Origin: Minisyncoccota bacterium
GTDB lineage: Bacteria; Patescibacteriota; Minisyncoccia; Phycocordibacterales; Phycocordibacteraceae
Reading direction: 5' to 3'
NCBI GenBank assembly: GCA_041666305.1
Contig: JBAYHD010000002.1
Span: 684 to 64,683 of the forward strand
Length of the DNA: 64,000 bases
The notes under the pieces were generated by a model. The model was not told the DNA's origin, did not search any database, and was given only the letters and a program-made list of their open reading frames with translations. A program made the translations under genes and the position numbers. Shown piece by piece: positions 9,892 through 17,814 of the stretch; the stretch's first letter is position 1, and each line of letters begins with the position of its first letter.

Positions 9892-10302
9892 ATGAATCAC
9901 AAGCGTCTTTGGATCGCCGCAGCCATAATCGCGGTCGCCATTTTTATCGGCTTTGTCTTGTCGGTACCGCACACACGGGATGTCGGGGACAGTAAGTTTT
10001 CGCAAAATGCCGCACCGAGCGTGCCAAGTGTATCGCTTCGCGACTCATTCAAGAAAGGAGTGCACACTATCACCGGATCGGTTGAAGCCCCGAACGCCTG
10101 CGCAAGTGCGAGTGCCAAAGCATCACTCGCGGGTGAGGGGTCAGAGAGCGCCATCTTGGTCGCACTCACGCTCAAGGATGATGGTGGAGTATGCCTGCAG
10201 GTACCAACACGCGTGACATTCTCTGTGACGATTTCCGCGCCGGTCGATCTGGCGATAATCGCGACGGTTAATGGTGAATCGGCGACGACAACCGCCCCAT
10301 GA
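9892..10302 (+). CDS. hypothetical secreted/membrane-anchored protein
   Basis: track ORF 9763 starts inside the repeat element; first plausible start ATG 9892 (MNHKRLWIAAAIIAVAIF signal/TM); preceded by TGGTATATT extended -10. Confidence 0.4.
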   Translation: MNHKRLWIAAAIIAVAIFIGFVLSVPHTRDVGDSKFSQNAAPSVPSVSLRDSFKKGVHTITGSVEAPNACASASAKASLAGEGSESAILVALTLKDDGGVCLQVPTRVTFSVTISAPVDLAIIATVNGESATTTAP

Positions 10303-11168
10303 CGACTCTCCCGGTCATCATTAAAGCGGACGGGTCGAAGGAAGTATTCGATCCGACGCGTCTCGTCATATCGCTGCGTCGAGCGGGTGCCGGAGAACAC
10401 GCGGCCGAACGCATAACGAATGCGATCACTGAAACGGTTGTGCCAGGCGTTACCTCAAAAGAAATATATTCGCGCGCGTTCGCGCTCCTTCGCAAAGAGG
10501 CGCGTCCAGTGGCCGCACGCTACGCGCTTCGGCGCGCGCTTCTGGACCTCGGCCCTACGGGGCATCCGTTCGAAGATTTCATTTCGCATTTGTATCGTGC
10601 GGAGGGTTGGCAGGTTGAAACGCGCAAGATCATTAAAGGGAAGTGCGTATCGCACGAGGTCGATTTTTATGCATCTCATCCCGATCAGAAGGAATACATC
10701 GCCGCCGAGCTCAAATATCATAATGACCCCGGATATAAGACCGATCTCAAGAACGCGCTGTATGTGAAGAGCCGTTTTGATGATATTTTTGCATGCGACC
10801 CGAGCGTGCGCGGCTGTCCGATAAACCGCGGCATCTTGGTTACCAATACCAAATTCACTTCCGAAGCCATTGCGTATGCTGAATGCGCCGGTGTCGAGCT
10901 CCTTGGATGGAGCTATCCGTTGAACGATAGTTTGTACACGCGCATGAGCCGTTCAAAGATATATCCGATAACGACGGTCACGGGATTATCCCGCGCAGAA
11001 AAGACCATTCTTCTTGACCGGGGGATCATTGCTGTCGATGAGATATTGCAGGATAGGCGGGTGCTTGACCCGCTCCACCTTGACAGCGAACGGGTCGGCG
11101 AGCTTCTGGCGGAGATAGAAGGGTTGCTTGCGCTGCCTTCGGCCGCTCATGATATTGTTTCCGTATGA
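10299..11168 (+). CDS. ATP-cone domain fused to Mrr-like (PD-(D/E)xK) restriction endonuclease domain
   Basis: N-terminal VIIKADGSKEVFDPTRL...EIYSRAFALL fits ATP-cone; C-terminal EVDFYA...AAELKYH fits Mrr_cat D/ExK core. Confidence 0.6.
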   Translation: MTTLPVIIKADGSKEVFDPTRLVISLRRAGAGEHAAERITNAITETVVPGVTSKEIYSRAFALLRKEARPVAARYALRRALLDLGPTGHPFEDFISHLYRAEGWQVETRKIIKGKCVSHEVDFYASHPDQKEYIAAELKYHNDPGYKTDLKNALYVKSRFDDIFACDPSVRGCPINRGILVTNTKFTSEAIAYAECAGVELLGWSYPLNDSLYTRMSRSKIYPITTVTGLSRAEKTILLDRGIIAVDEILQDRRVLDPLHLDSERVGELLAEIEGLLALPSAAHDIVSV

Positions 11169-11259
11169 CCCGACACACTCAAATAGCCTTGCGAGACGAT
11201 GATGGAGCTCGTAACGCGCTCAAGCGAGGATTACCGGAAGGCCTTCGAGGCCGTTTAGT

Positions 11260-11742
11260 GTGACGGGTATGATGCGATTTTCAACAGAGTCTTTTGTCGC
11301 CGGAGTCATGCTGGGGGCGGTGTTGGTGGGGGCATGGTTTTTCGGCGGAGACATACGTTCACTGCCGTTCGCGTCTTCAGGATTTCTCGCGACGTCCACG
11401 GCATCCTCGTTCCAGGAGAGCGGAGCGGTATCCGTTGTTGATCAGCCGGCTGGTTCCAGCGTTGCGGTTGAATCCGTTACCGTGCCGCCGCCGGGCGTGT
11501 GGGTTGCGGTGCGCGAAGTGAACGGCGTCGATCTCGGCAACGTACTCGGTGCGGCGCGCGTGGTTGGTCCGCACAGCGACGTCATTGTTTCGCTTTTGCG
11601 CCCCACCGAGCCGAAGCGCTCCTACGCGATAGAACTCTACCGTGATGATAATAATGGGGCGTTTGATCCTTCGGCGAACAGCGTGTACGTTGATTTTGAA
11701 ACCGGTGCGCGCGTGGTCTCCTACTTCACGACTACTCAATGA
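11260..11742 (+). CDS. hypothetical secreted protein
   Basis: N-terminal hydrophobic helix; no family recognised. Confidence 0.4.
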   Translation: MTGMMRFSTESFVAGVMLGAVLVGAWFFGGDIRSLPFASSGFLATSTASSFQESGAVSVVDQPAGSSVAVESVTVPPPGVWVAVREVNGVDLGNVLGAARVVGPHSDVIVSLLRPTEPKRSYAIELYRDDNNGAFDPSANSVYVDFETGARVVSYFTTTQ

Positions 11743-12518
11743 GCAAGTATTACAAACCCGACCGTAATCCTGGTTGGAATTATGGCGGGAAGAATTGGCG
11801 TCTTTCACGATCGAAAATCGGTCTTTTTTTAGATTGCGCCCGGTGTTTTTATTTAGATAATAAATTAGGCACAGCTCGGCCGCCGGGGTACCCTTTCAAC
11901 CTGAATTCTGCGGTTGACGCTCTGTTAAAGAAAGAGTTTGATATCCATCGAGTCGGAAAGACAGCACATCCTCTCATGGAGACCTATGGTATTGATGCAA
12001 TACCATTTGAGCACGCAGATTTAGACGTCTGGCGTGAGAACTTTAAAGGAATCGAGATAACTCATGAACCGACCGGATTCAGAATTTCAGGAGCGATAGA
12101 TGATGTGTGGGTCAAGCCTGATGGCGAGCTTGTAATTGTTGATTATAAATCGACAAGCAAAGAGCAGAGGATAGAAGCCTTGGACGAGGAGTGGCATGAC
12201 GGCTATAAACGCCAAATGGAAACATACCAGTGGCTGTTCCGACAAAGCGGATTTAAAGTATCCAATACGGGCTATTTCGTATATGCCAATGCCGATAAAG
12301 ATAAGAAAGCATTTGATGGGGTTCTTACCTTTGAATTGACACTCATACCCTATGAAGGCAATGACTCTTGGGTGGAGTACACTCTCAGAGATATTAAAAC
12401 CTGTCTGGACAGCGACGCGATACCTGATGCGTATCCTGACTGCGACTATTGCCGGTATCGTACTGTCGCCGGAACGAAGCTGCTCGCTCTTCATAAAGAT
12501 ACCAAGGGGAAGGAATAG
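11739..12518 (+). CDS. Cas4/RecB-like PD-(D/E)xK nuclease with Fe-S cysteine cluster
   Basis: N-terminal CARCFYL Cys, IVDYKST (D-x-K) core, C-terminal CDYCRY cysteines; AT-rich relative to neighbours. Confidence 0.6.
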   Translation: MSKYYKPDRNPGWNYGGKNWRLSRSKIGLFLDCARCFYLDNKLGTARPPGYPFNLNSAVDALLKKEFDIHRVGKTAHPLMETYGIDAIPFEHADLDVWRENFKGIEITHEPTGFRISGAIDDVWVKPDGELVIVDYKSTSKEQRIEALDEEWHDGYKRQMETYQWLFRQSGFKVSNTGYFVYANADKDKKAFDGVLTFELTLIPYEGNDSWVEYTLRDIKTCLDSDAIPDAYPDCDYCRYRTVAGTKLLALHKDTKGKE

Positions 12519-12528
12519 AATACTGCGT

Positions 12529-12786
12529 ATGAAAAGCCTGTTTGCCGAACGTGTCCGAGATATAGTTCGCCAAATCCCGAAAGGGCAAACACTTTCATAT
12601 ATGAGAGTAGCCGCTATTGCTGGCAATCCTGGCGCCGCGCGAGCTGTGGGCACGGTGATGAAAAATAATTTTGACCCGCTGGTGCCGTGCCATCGCGTCG
12701 TCCGCGCTGACGGGAAGGTGGGCGATTATAATCGCGGCGGTGAACGAGCGAAGAAGCGCTTGTTAGAGAAAGAAGGCGCATTATGA
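12529..12786 (+). CDS. MGMT-family protein (methylated-DNA--protein-cysteine methyltransferase DNA-binding domain, PCHRV)
   Basis: PCHRVV active-site motif and YGxIA/NP signature; track ORF 12352 overlaps upstream gene, internal Met 12529 used. Confidence 0.6.
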   Translation: MKSLFAERVRDIVRQIPKGQTLSYMRVAAIAGNPGAARAVGTVMKNNFDPLVPCHRVVRADGKVGDYNRGGERAKKRLLEKEGAL

Positions 12787-13451
12787 ATGTAAAAATAGAT
12801 CCGTCATGGGCGAGGCACTTGAAGGGCGAATTTGAAAAGGCTTATTTTGAAGAGCTGACGAGATTCGTGAAGAATGAATACAAAAACGGCGCCGTGTACC
12901 CAGCGCCGAAGAATATTTTTCGTGCATTCGACCTGTGCCCGTTCGAAAAAGTGAAAGTGGTTATCCTCGGACAGGACCCGTACCACGGCGTTCGTCAGGC
13001 GAACGGCCTCGCGTTCGCCGTGGAGAGCACCGAGAAAATTCCACCGTCGCTTCAAAATATTTTTAAAGAAATTGAGAGCGATCTTCACGGGCCGCTTGTG
13101 CATGCAGACGGCGACCTCTCGCGCTGGGCGAAACAGGGCGTGTTGCTCCTCAATGCAACACTCACCGTGCGAGCCGGCATAGCCGGCTCGCACCAGGAGA
13201 AGGGGTGGGAGCAATTTACCGACGCTGTCATCAAAGCGCTTTCGGAGGAACACGAACATCTCGTTTTTATGCTCTGGGGCAATTATGCGAAGGCGAAGGG
13301 CGCACACATCGACCGCAGTAAGCACCTCGTGCTTGAAGCTCCGCATCCCTCGCCATTCTCCGCCGCCTCCGGCTTTTTCGGCTGTAAGCACTTCTCTAAA
13401 GCAAATGACTACCTCGTCGCTCACAACGAAACCCCGATAGACTGGTTGTGA
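12783..13451 (+). CDS. ung: uracil-DNA glycosylase (family 1)
   Basis: [19 protein letters not shown] motifs; full length 222 aa. Confidence 0.85.
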   Translation: MNVKIDPSWARHLKGEFEKAYFEELTRFVKNEYKNGAVYPAPKNIFRAFDLCPFEKVKVVILGQDPYHGVRQANGLAFAVESTEKIPPSLQNIFKEIESDLHGPLVHADGDLSRWAKQGVLLLNATLTVRAGIAGSHQEKGWEQFTDAVIKALSEEHEHLVFMLWGNYAKAKGAHIDRSKHLVLEAPHPSPFSAASGFFGCKHFSKANDYLVAHNETPIDWL

Positions 13452-13492
13452 ATATGCGATTGTAAAACGGCACGCTCCTGTATACTCACACT

Positions 13493-13996
13493 ATGAAGAA
13501 AATAGTTTGGTGGATTTTAGGAATTACCCTCCTATCATATGTCGCTATCCGTATAGCCCCTGAGCTTTTCGTTTTCTTTGGTCAATTACTTGTTTTGCTA
13601 CCACTTCTGCTACCCATTTATGGTGTGTACTGGTATATGAAAAGGCCAAGGAAACAAAATATGACTCAGATTTCAACAAATTCATTACCGAATCAGGAAA
13701 GAAGTCCTATAAACAAGACTCTAGAAGTCGTTGGTGTGGGCTTCATGTACTTCTTTTTTATCGGTATGGGTCTAATGAATATGGCCAATTGTCGAGGAAA
13801 TGAATGTGACACATTCACAACATCTTTTGCCTTGGGCTGTATATGGTTGATAATCAGTCTTCTTGGTTTCGTCTATACTGTGTACATGAACGGATCATCT
13901 ACCAACAAGTGGTTACTGGTATTTAAACCTTACATCGCACTTCCAATTTTCTTTGCCATAATCTTTATGGGTCAACCACTGATAAGTGGTTACTAA
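13493..13996 (+). CDS. hypothetical integral membrane protein (AT-rich insert)
   Basis: 4-5 predicted TM helices; strongly AT-rich vs flanks; lies between ung and a duplicated ung 3' fragment. Confidence 0.45.
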   Translation: MKKIVWWILGITLLSYVAIRIAPELFVFFGQLLVLLPLLLPIYGVYWYMKRPRKQNMTQISTNSLPNQERSPINKTLEVVGVGFMYFFFIGMGLMNMANCRGNECDTFTTSFALGCIWLIISLLGFVYTVYMNGSSTNKWLLVFKPYIALPIFFAIIFMGQPLISGY

Positions 13997-14029
13997 ATTG
14001 GATCGGAAAGTCAGACTTTCCGGAAATTC

Positions 14030-14374
14030 GACGGAGATTTAACACGATGGGCCGAGCAGGGCGTATTGCTCCTCAATGCCACGCTCACCGTGCGAGCCGG
14101 CATAGCCGGCTCGCACCAGGAGAAGGGGTGGGAACAATTCACCGATGCCGTTATCAAGGCACTCTCAGAAGAGCGCGAGCATCTCGTTTTCATGCTCTGG
14201 GGCAATTATGCGAAGGCGAAGGGCGCACACATCGACCGCAGTAAGCACCTCGTGCTTGAAGCTCCGCACCCCTCGCCATTCTCCGCCGCATCCGGCTTTT
14301 TCGGGTGCAAACATTTCAGCCGTGCGAACGAGTATCTTATTTCCCACAACGAAACCCCCATCGACTGGCTCTAG
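14030..14374 (+). pseudogene. orphan duplicate of the ung 3' half (about 115 codons, no proper start)
   Basis: aligns to ung 13107-13451 at roughly 90% nt identity with mostly synonymous differences (e.g. gacctctcgcgc vs gatttaacacga both DL(S/T)R); opens directly after the stop of the 13493 gene in the same frame. Confidence 0.7.
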
Positions 14375-14417
14375 CTACTTGGAGGCGAGGCCTCCAAGTA
14401 GGCCCCCAAGTAGCTAG
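14375..14417 (+). other. strong hairpin with alternative pairing
   Basis: ctacttggaggc-gag-gcctccaagtag perfect 12-bp stem; downstream ccaagtagctag can pair alternatively with ctagctacttgg (14371-14382). Confidence 0.5.
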
Positions 14418-14495
14418 ATTGATAAGTTCAAGAAGTAGGCGTAAAATCGCGGAGGTTCAAATCGTTGTTTCCATTAACGTTCTTGGGAGTCAGAC

Positions 14496-15248
14496 ATGCA
14501 AAAATTGAAGCAGGAAGCGGCGGCAAATCTTGCGGCGCTTGCACGGAATCCTTATCCGGGTCGCGTCATCATCATTGGTTTGGACCAAAAGGGCGAGAAC
14601 TTGGTTCAGGTCTATGCCATCATGGGTCGGAGCGAAAACAGCCGAAATCGCGTCTTCGGATACGAGGGCGGAAGAGTTTTCACCGAAGCCGCAAATCCGG
14701 CAAAAATGAAAGACCCGCGGCTGGTGATCTACAACGCCATGCGCGAGGTTTTGGTCCCAGGCATGGACAGCACCATGAACGTCGTCAGCAACGGCGATCA
14801 GACTGACAAAGTCGCCGATGGCTACAAGGAGGACAAGAGTTTCCAAGCGACGTTGAGCCAGTGCAAATATGAACCGGATGCTCCGAACTTCACTCCGCGC
14901 ATCACGGCGTCCAGCTACTGGCTCCGCAGCGGGAAGCCCGTCGGCCTCATGTCTTTGTTGCGTAAGTCGCCGTGGAGCGACGAATGCGATCGGCATTTGC
15001 ACGAAATCAACGGCTTCGGCCAGGGTTTCGGGCATTGTCTCACCACGTACCTGGGGGACGGCGATCCGTTGCCGGCATATCGCGGCGAGCCGCGTCTGAT
15101 GCCGCTTCTGGGCGACCTCGATTGGATCGCCGATATGTACTGGGAAATGCTGGACCCGGGCAACCGCGTGTCGCTCGCGGTGAAGTTCATTCCGCGGCTC
15201 GGTCTTTCAAGCACGGTCATCAGGAATCAGTATTCGAAAGTAGCCTGA
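14496..15248 (+). CDS. IMP cyclohydrolase-like protein (archaeal PurO family, tentative)
   Basis: N-terminal YPGRVIIIGLD...VYAIMGRSENSRNRVF resembles PurO; assignment from memory of family motifs only. Confidence 0.4.
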   Translation: MQKLKQEAAANLAALARNPYPGRVIIIGLDQKGENLVQVYAIMGRSENSRNRVFGYEGGRVFTEAANPAKMKDPRLVIYNAMREVLVPGMDSTMNVVSNGDQTDKVADGYKEDKSFQATLSQCKYEPDAPNFTPRITASSYWLRSGKPVGLMSLLRKSPWSDECDRHLHEINGFGQGFGHCLTTYLGDGDPLPAYRGEPRLMPLLGDLDWIADMYWEMLDPGNRVSLAVKFIPRLGLSSTVIRNQYSKVA

Positions 15249-15272
15249 TACGGCTGTGCGGCCGAAAAAATT

Positions 15273-15311
15273 GCGCCCGTCGGGACCAGTCCCGCGGGCG
15301 CGTTTATTTTT
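15273..15311. terminator. bidirectional rho-independent terminator between convergent genes
   Basis: AAAAAA-gcgcccg...cgggcgc-GTTTATTTTT; serves + gene 14496 and - gene 15304. Confidence 0.6.
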
Positions 15312-15675
15312 CCCAGTACGGTTTGAAATTCTCTATTTCTGAAATAAGCGCTTCGGCGGTTTCGCCCTTGTAACAAATGGCGCGGTCGTCGATGTATACA
15401 TGCGCGATGGGTTTCCCCGGATTATCTCCCTCTATGTCCGGTCGGTGATTTATATAATCGAACGGTACATTGAACTGTTCGCAGTACTTTTTCACGAATT
15501 CATCTCCGCGTGTCGTGTGGATGAGTATCTTGCATCCTTTTTCTTGGAGAAGTTTCATTGCCTGCACGACTTCGGGATTCGGCTCCTCGGTATTTTCTTT
15601 GGAAACAAATCCGTTATATGAGGCGATGACGCCGTCAAAATCAAACGCAATAACCGGAGCTTCGGACATAGTCAT
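15304..15675 (-). CDS. small HAD-superfamily hydrolase
   Basis: FDFDGVI DxD motif near N-terminus; start chosen at MTMSEAP (track ORF extends to 15693). Confidence 0.55.
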   Translation of the reverse strand: MTMSEAPVIAFDFDGVIASYNGFVSKENTEEPNPEVVQAMKLLQEKGCKILIHTTRGDEFVKKYCEQFNVPFDYINHRPDIEGDNPGKPIAHVYIDDRAICYKGETAEALISEIENFKPYWEK

Positions 15676-15803
15676 ACTAGTGTAACAAATCAATCACTAC
15701 CAAGCGAAGTTTATTTCAGGGCTTACTACCAAACGAGCCGAGCAGTGAATACATTCGATGTATTCATTCGAGGCAAGTGCAGGTAGAAAATCGTTCTTAC
15801 GTC

Positions 15804-17768
15804 TTACCAAATCTTTGCACGGTCCTTGGGAGCGCGATACAGCCTGTCGCCTTTTTTCACCCCGAATGCTTCGTAAAATTCGGGAAGATTTGAGGCCGGA
15901 CCGTTGATGCGATATTTCCCTGGAGAGTGGGGATCGGTGAGCACCGCCGTCTTTTCCGACTCCGGCCGGCGGTTCTCTCTTTCAAAAAGTCCGAAGCTCA
16001 GGAAGAAACGCTGTTCAGGTGTGAAGCCATCGATGTCTTTCCGGCCGGTTTTTTCGAGGCGATGCTTGTAGGCATCGTAGGCGATGGAGGCTCCGCCAAG
16101 GTCCGCAATATTTTCACCGAGTGTCAGTTGCCCGTTTACTTTGAGCCCATCGGCAACCGTATACCCGTTATATTCCTTAACGAGAACTTTCGCTTTCGCA
16201 TCGAAAAGCGTTTGGTCCTTTTTTGTCCACCAGGTTTTTCGATTTCCTTTGCCGTCAAACTTGGATCCTTGGTCGTCGAAACCGTGTGTTATCTCATGAC
16301 CGATGACCGAGCCGATCGAGCCGTAATTGACCGCATCATCGGCATTCGTATCAAAAAAAGGCGGTTGAAGGATAGCGGCAGGGAATACGACTTCATTCAG
16401 ACCGAAGTTGCAGTAGGCATTCACCGTTTGCGGGGTCATGAACCATTCGGTGCGGTCGACACGTTTTTTCAAACGACGCATTGCGCGAGCGTGCTCAAAG
16501 AGCGATGCGCGGACCGCATTGCCGAAATACTCGTCGGGTTTGATGACAAGTCCTTTGTAGCTCTTCCATGTATCGGGGTAGCCCAGTTTGCGTGTCATTT
16601 GATGGAGCTTCCGTACGGCCTTCTTCTTCGTCGTGTCGCTCATCCAGTCCAAGTTTTTGATGCGCGCCTCATATGCTTCGAAAAGATCGGCGACGACTAC
16701 TTTTATTTTATGCTTCGCCTCGGGGCCGAAATATTCTTTTACATAGAGTTTGCCAAGCACTTCGCCGAGGTTGCCATTGACCGCGCTGAGTGCTCGGCGC
16801 CACGCGGGCTTCATCACCTTCACGCCGGAAAGCGCCGTGCCGTAAAAAGCAAAGTTCTGCTTTTCAAATTTTGAAGAGAGATAGCTTGCTGATCCGCCGA
16901 CGAGATGCCACGAAAGATACGTCTTCCAATCTCCGATGGATACACTCGAAAGCATCGAATTCATTGACTTCAAAAACTTCGGTTGCATAACGATTACTTC
17001 ATGGATTTTCTTTGCACCGACAATGTTGAAATACGCATCCCAATCAACATTCGGTGCAAGCTTGTGAAGCGCCGAAACACGCATTTTGTGGTACGTCTTA
17101 TCGACGTCGCGCAAATCCTCTTTGGTCATGGAAATCTTCGCAATAGCCGTTTCAATGCGCATGATCGTCTCTCTATCCTTTTTCGCTTCCGTCCCGGACT
17201 TATTCATGAGCGCGGAAATCGCCTCGAGATGCTTTTGATACGCCGTGCGCACGCGCACCGACTCCGCATCATCTTTCAGATAGTAATCGCGGTCGGGCAT
17301 TCCGAGTCCGCTTTGGCCGATGTAGATGATGTATTTCTCGCTATTTTTCATATCCTGGTCGATCATGAGTCCCCACGGTCCTCCTCCGCCGATTTTTTCG
17401 AGGTGAGCAATAGTGGAGACGAGCGAACGAACGTCTTTGATGTTCGCGATACGGTCCAGCCACGGTCGGAGCGGCTTCATCCCGAGCGCAGTACGCTTTT
17501 TCATATCCAAACCGGAGCGGTAGAAATCCCGAACCATTTGCTCGGGACTGCCCGCGGCACAGCGCTTCAGATTTTGCACTTTTGTGACGAGCGCGCGGAG
17601 TTTTTTCTCCGTGTCATAGCGAAGCATCAGAAATGAGCCCCAACGCGACTCGTGCGGCGGTATCGGATTTTTCTTCAACCACCCGCCGTTCACGTAGTGG
17701 TAAAAATCGTCTTGCGGGCGCACCTTCGTGTCCATATCTCGCGTATCAAATCCCCATCCGTTTTTCAT
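15804..17768 (-). CDS. pepO: M13 family zinc metallopeptidase (PepO/neprilysin-like)
   Basis: HEITHGFD zinc motif, GENIADLGG, NAYY; track ORF runs to 18080 overlapping alaS, so internal Met MKNGWGFDTRD (17768) taken. Confidence 0.8.
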   Translation of the reverse strand: MKNGWGFDTRDMDTKVRPQDDFYHYVNGGWLKKNPIPPHESRWGSFLMLRYDTEKKLRALVTKVQNLKRCAAGSPEQMVRDFYRSGLDMKKRTALGMKPLRPWLDRIANIKDVRSLVSTIAHLEKIGGGGPWGLMIDQDMKNSEKYIIYIGQSGLGMPDRDYYLKDDAESVRVRTAYQKHLEAISALMNKSGTEAKKDRETIMRIETAIAKISMTKEDLRDVDKTYHKMRVSALHKLAPNVDWDAYFNIVGAKKIHEVIVMQPKFLKSMNSMLSSVSIGDWKTYLSWHLVGGSASYLSSKFEKQNFAFYGTALSGVKVMKPAWRRALSAVNGNLGEVLGKLYVKEYFGPEAKHKIKVVVADLFEAYEARIKNLDWMSDTTKKKAVRKLHQMTRKLGYPDTWKSYKGLVIKPDEYFGNAVRASLFEHARAMRRLKKRVDRTEWFMTPQTVNAYCNFGLNEVVFPAAILQPPFFDTNADDAVNYGSIGSVIGHEITHGFDDQGSKFDGKGNRKTWWTKKDQTLFDAKAKVLVKEYNGYTVADGLKVNGQLTLGENIADLGGASIAYDAYKHRLEKTGRKDIDGFTPEQRFFLSFGLFERENRRPESEKTAVLTDPHSPGKYRINGPASNLPEFYEAFGVKKGDRLYRAPKDRAKIW

Positions 17769-17814
17769 GCCCGCATAGTATATGAATCCGTTGCCTCGTG
17801 CTATCTTTTCCCAT

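Noticed and set aside
12352-12528. Upstream part of ORF 12352-12786
   Set aside because: It overlaps the 3' end of the Cas4-like gene in another frame. MGMT-family homology starts at the internal Met 12529 (MKSLFAERV).
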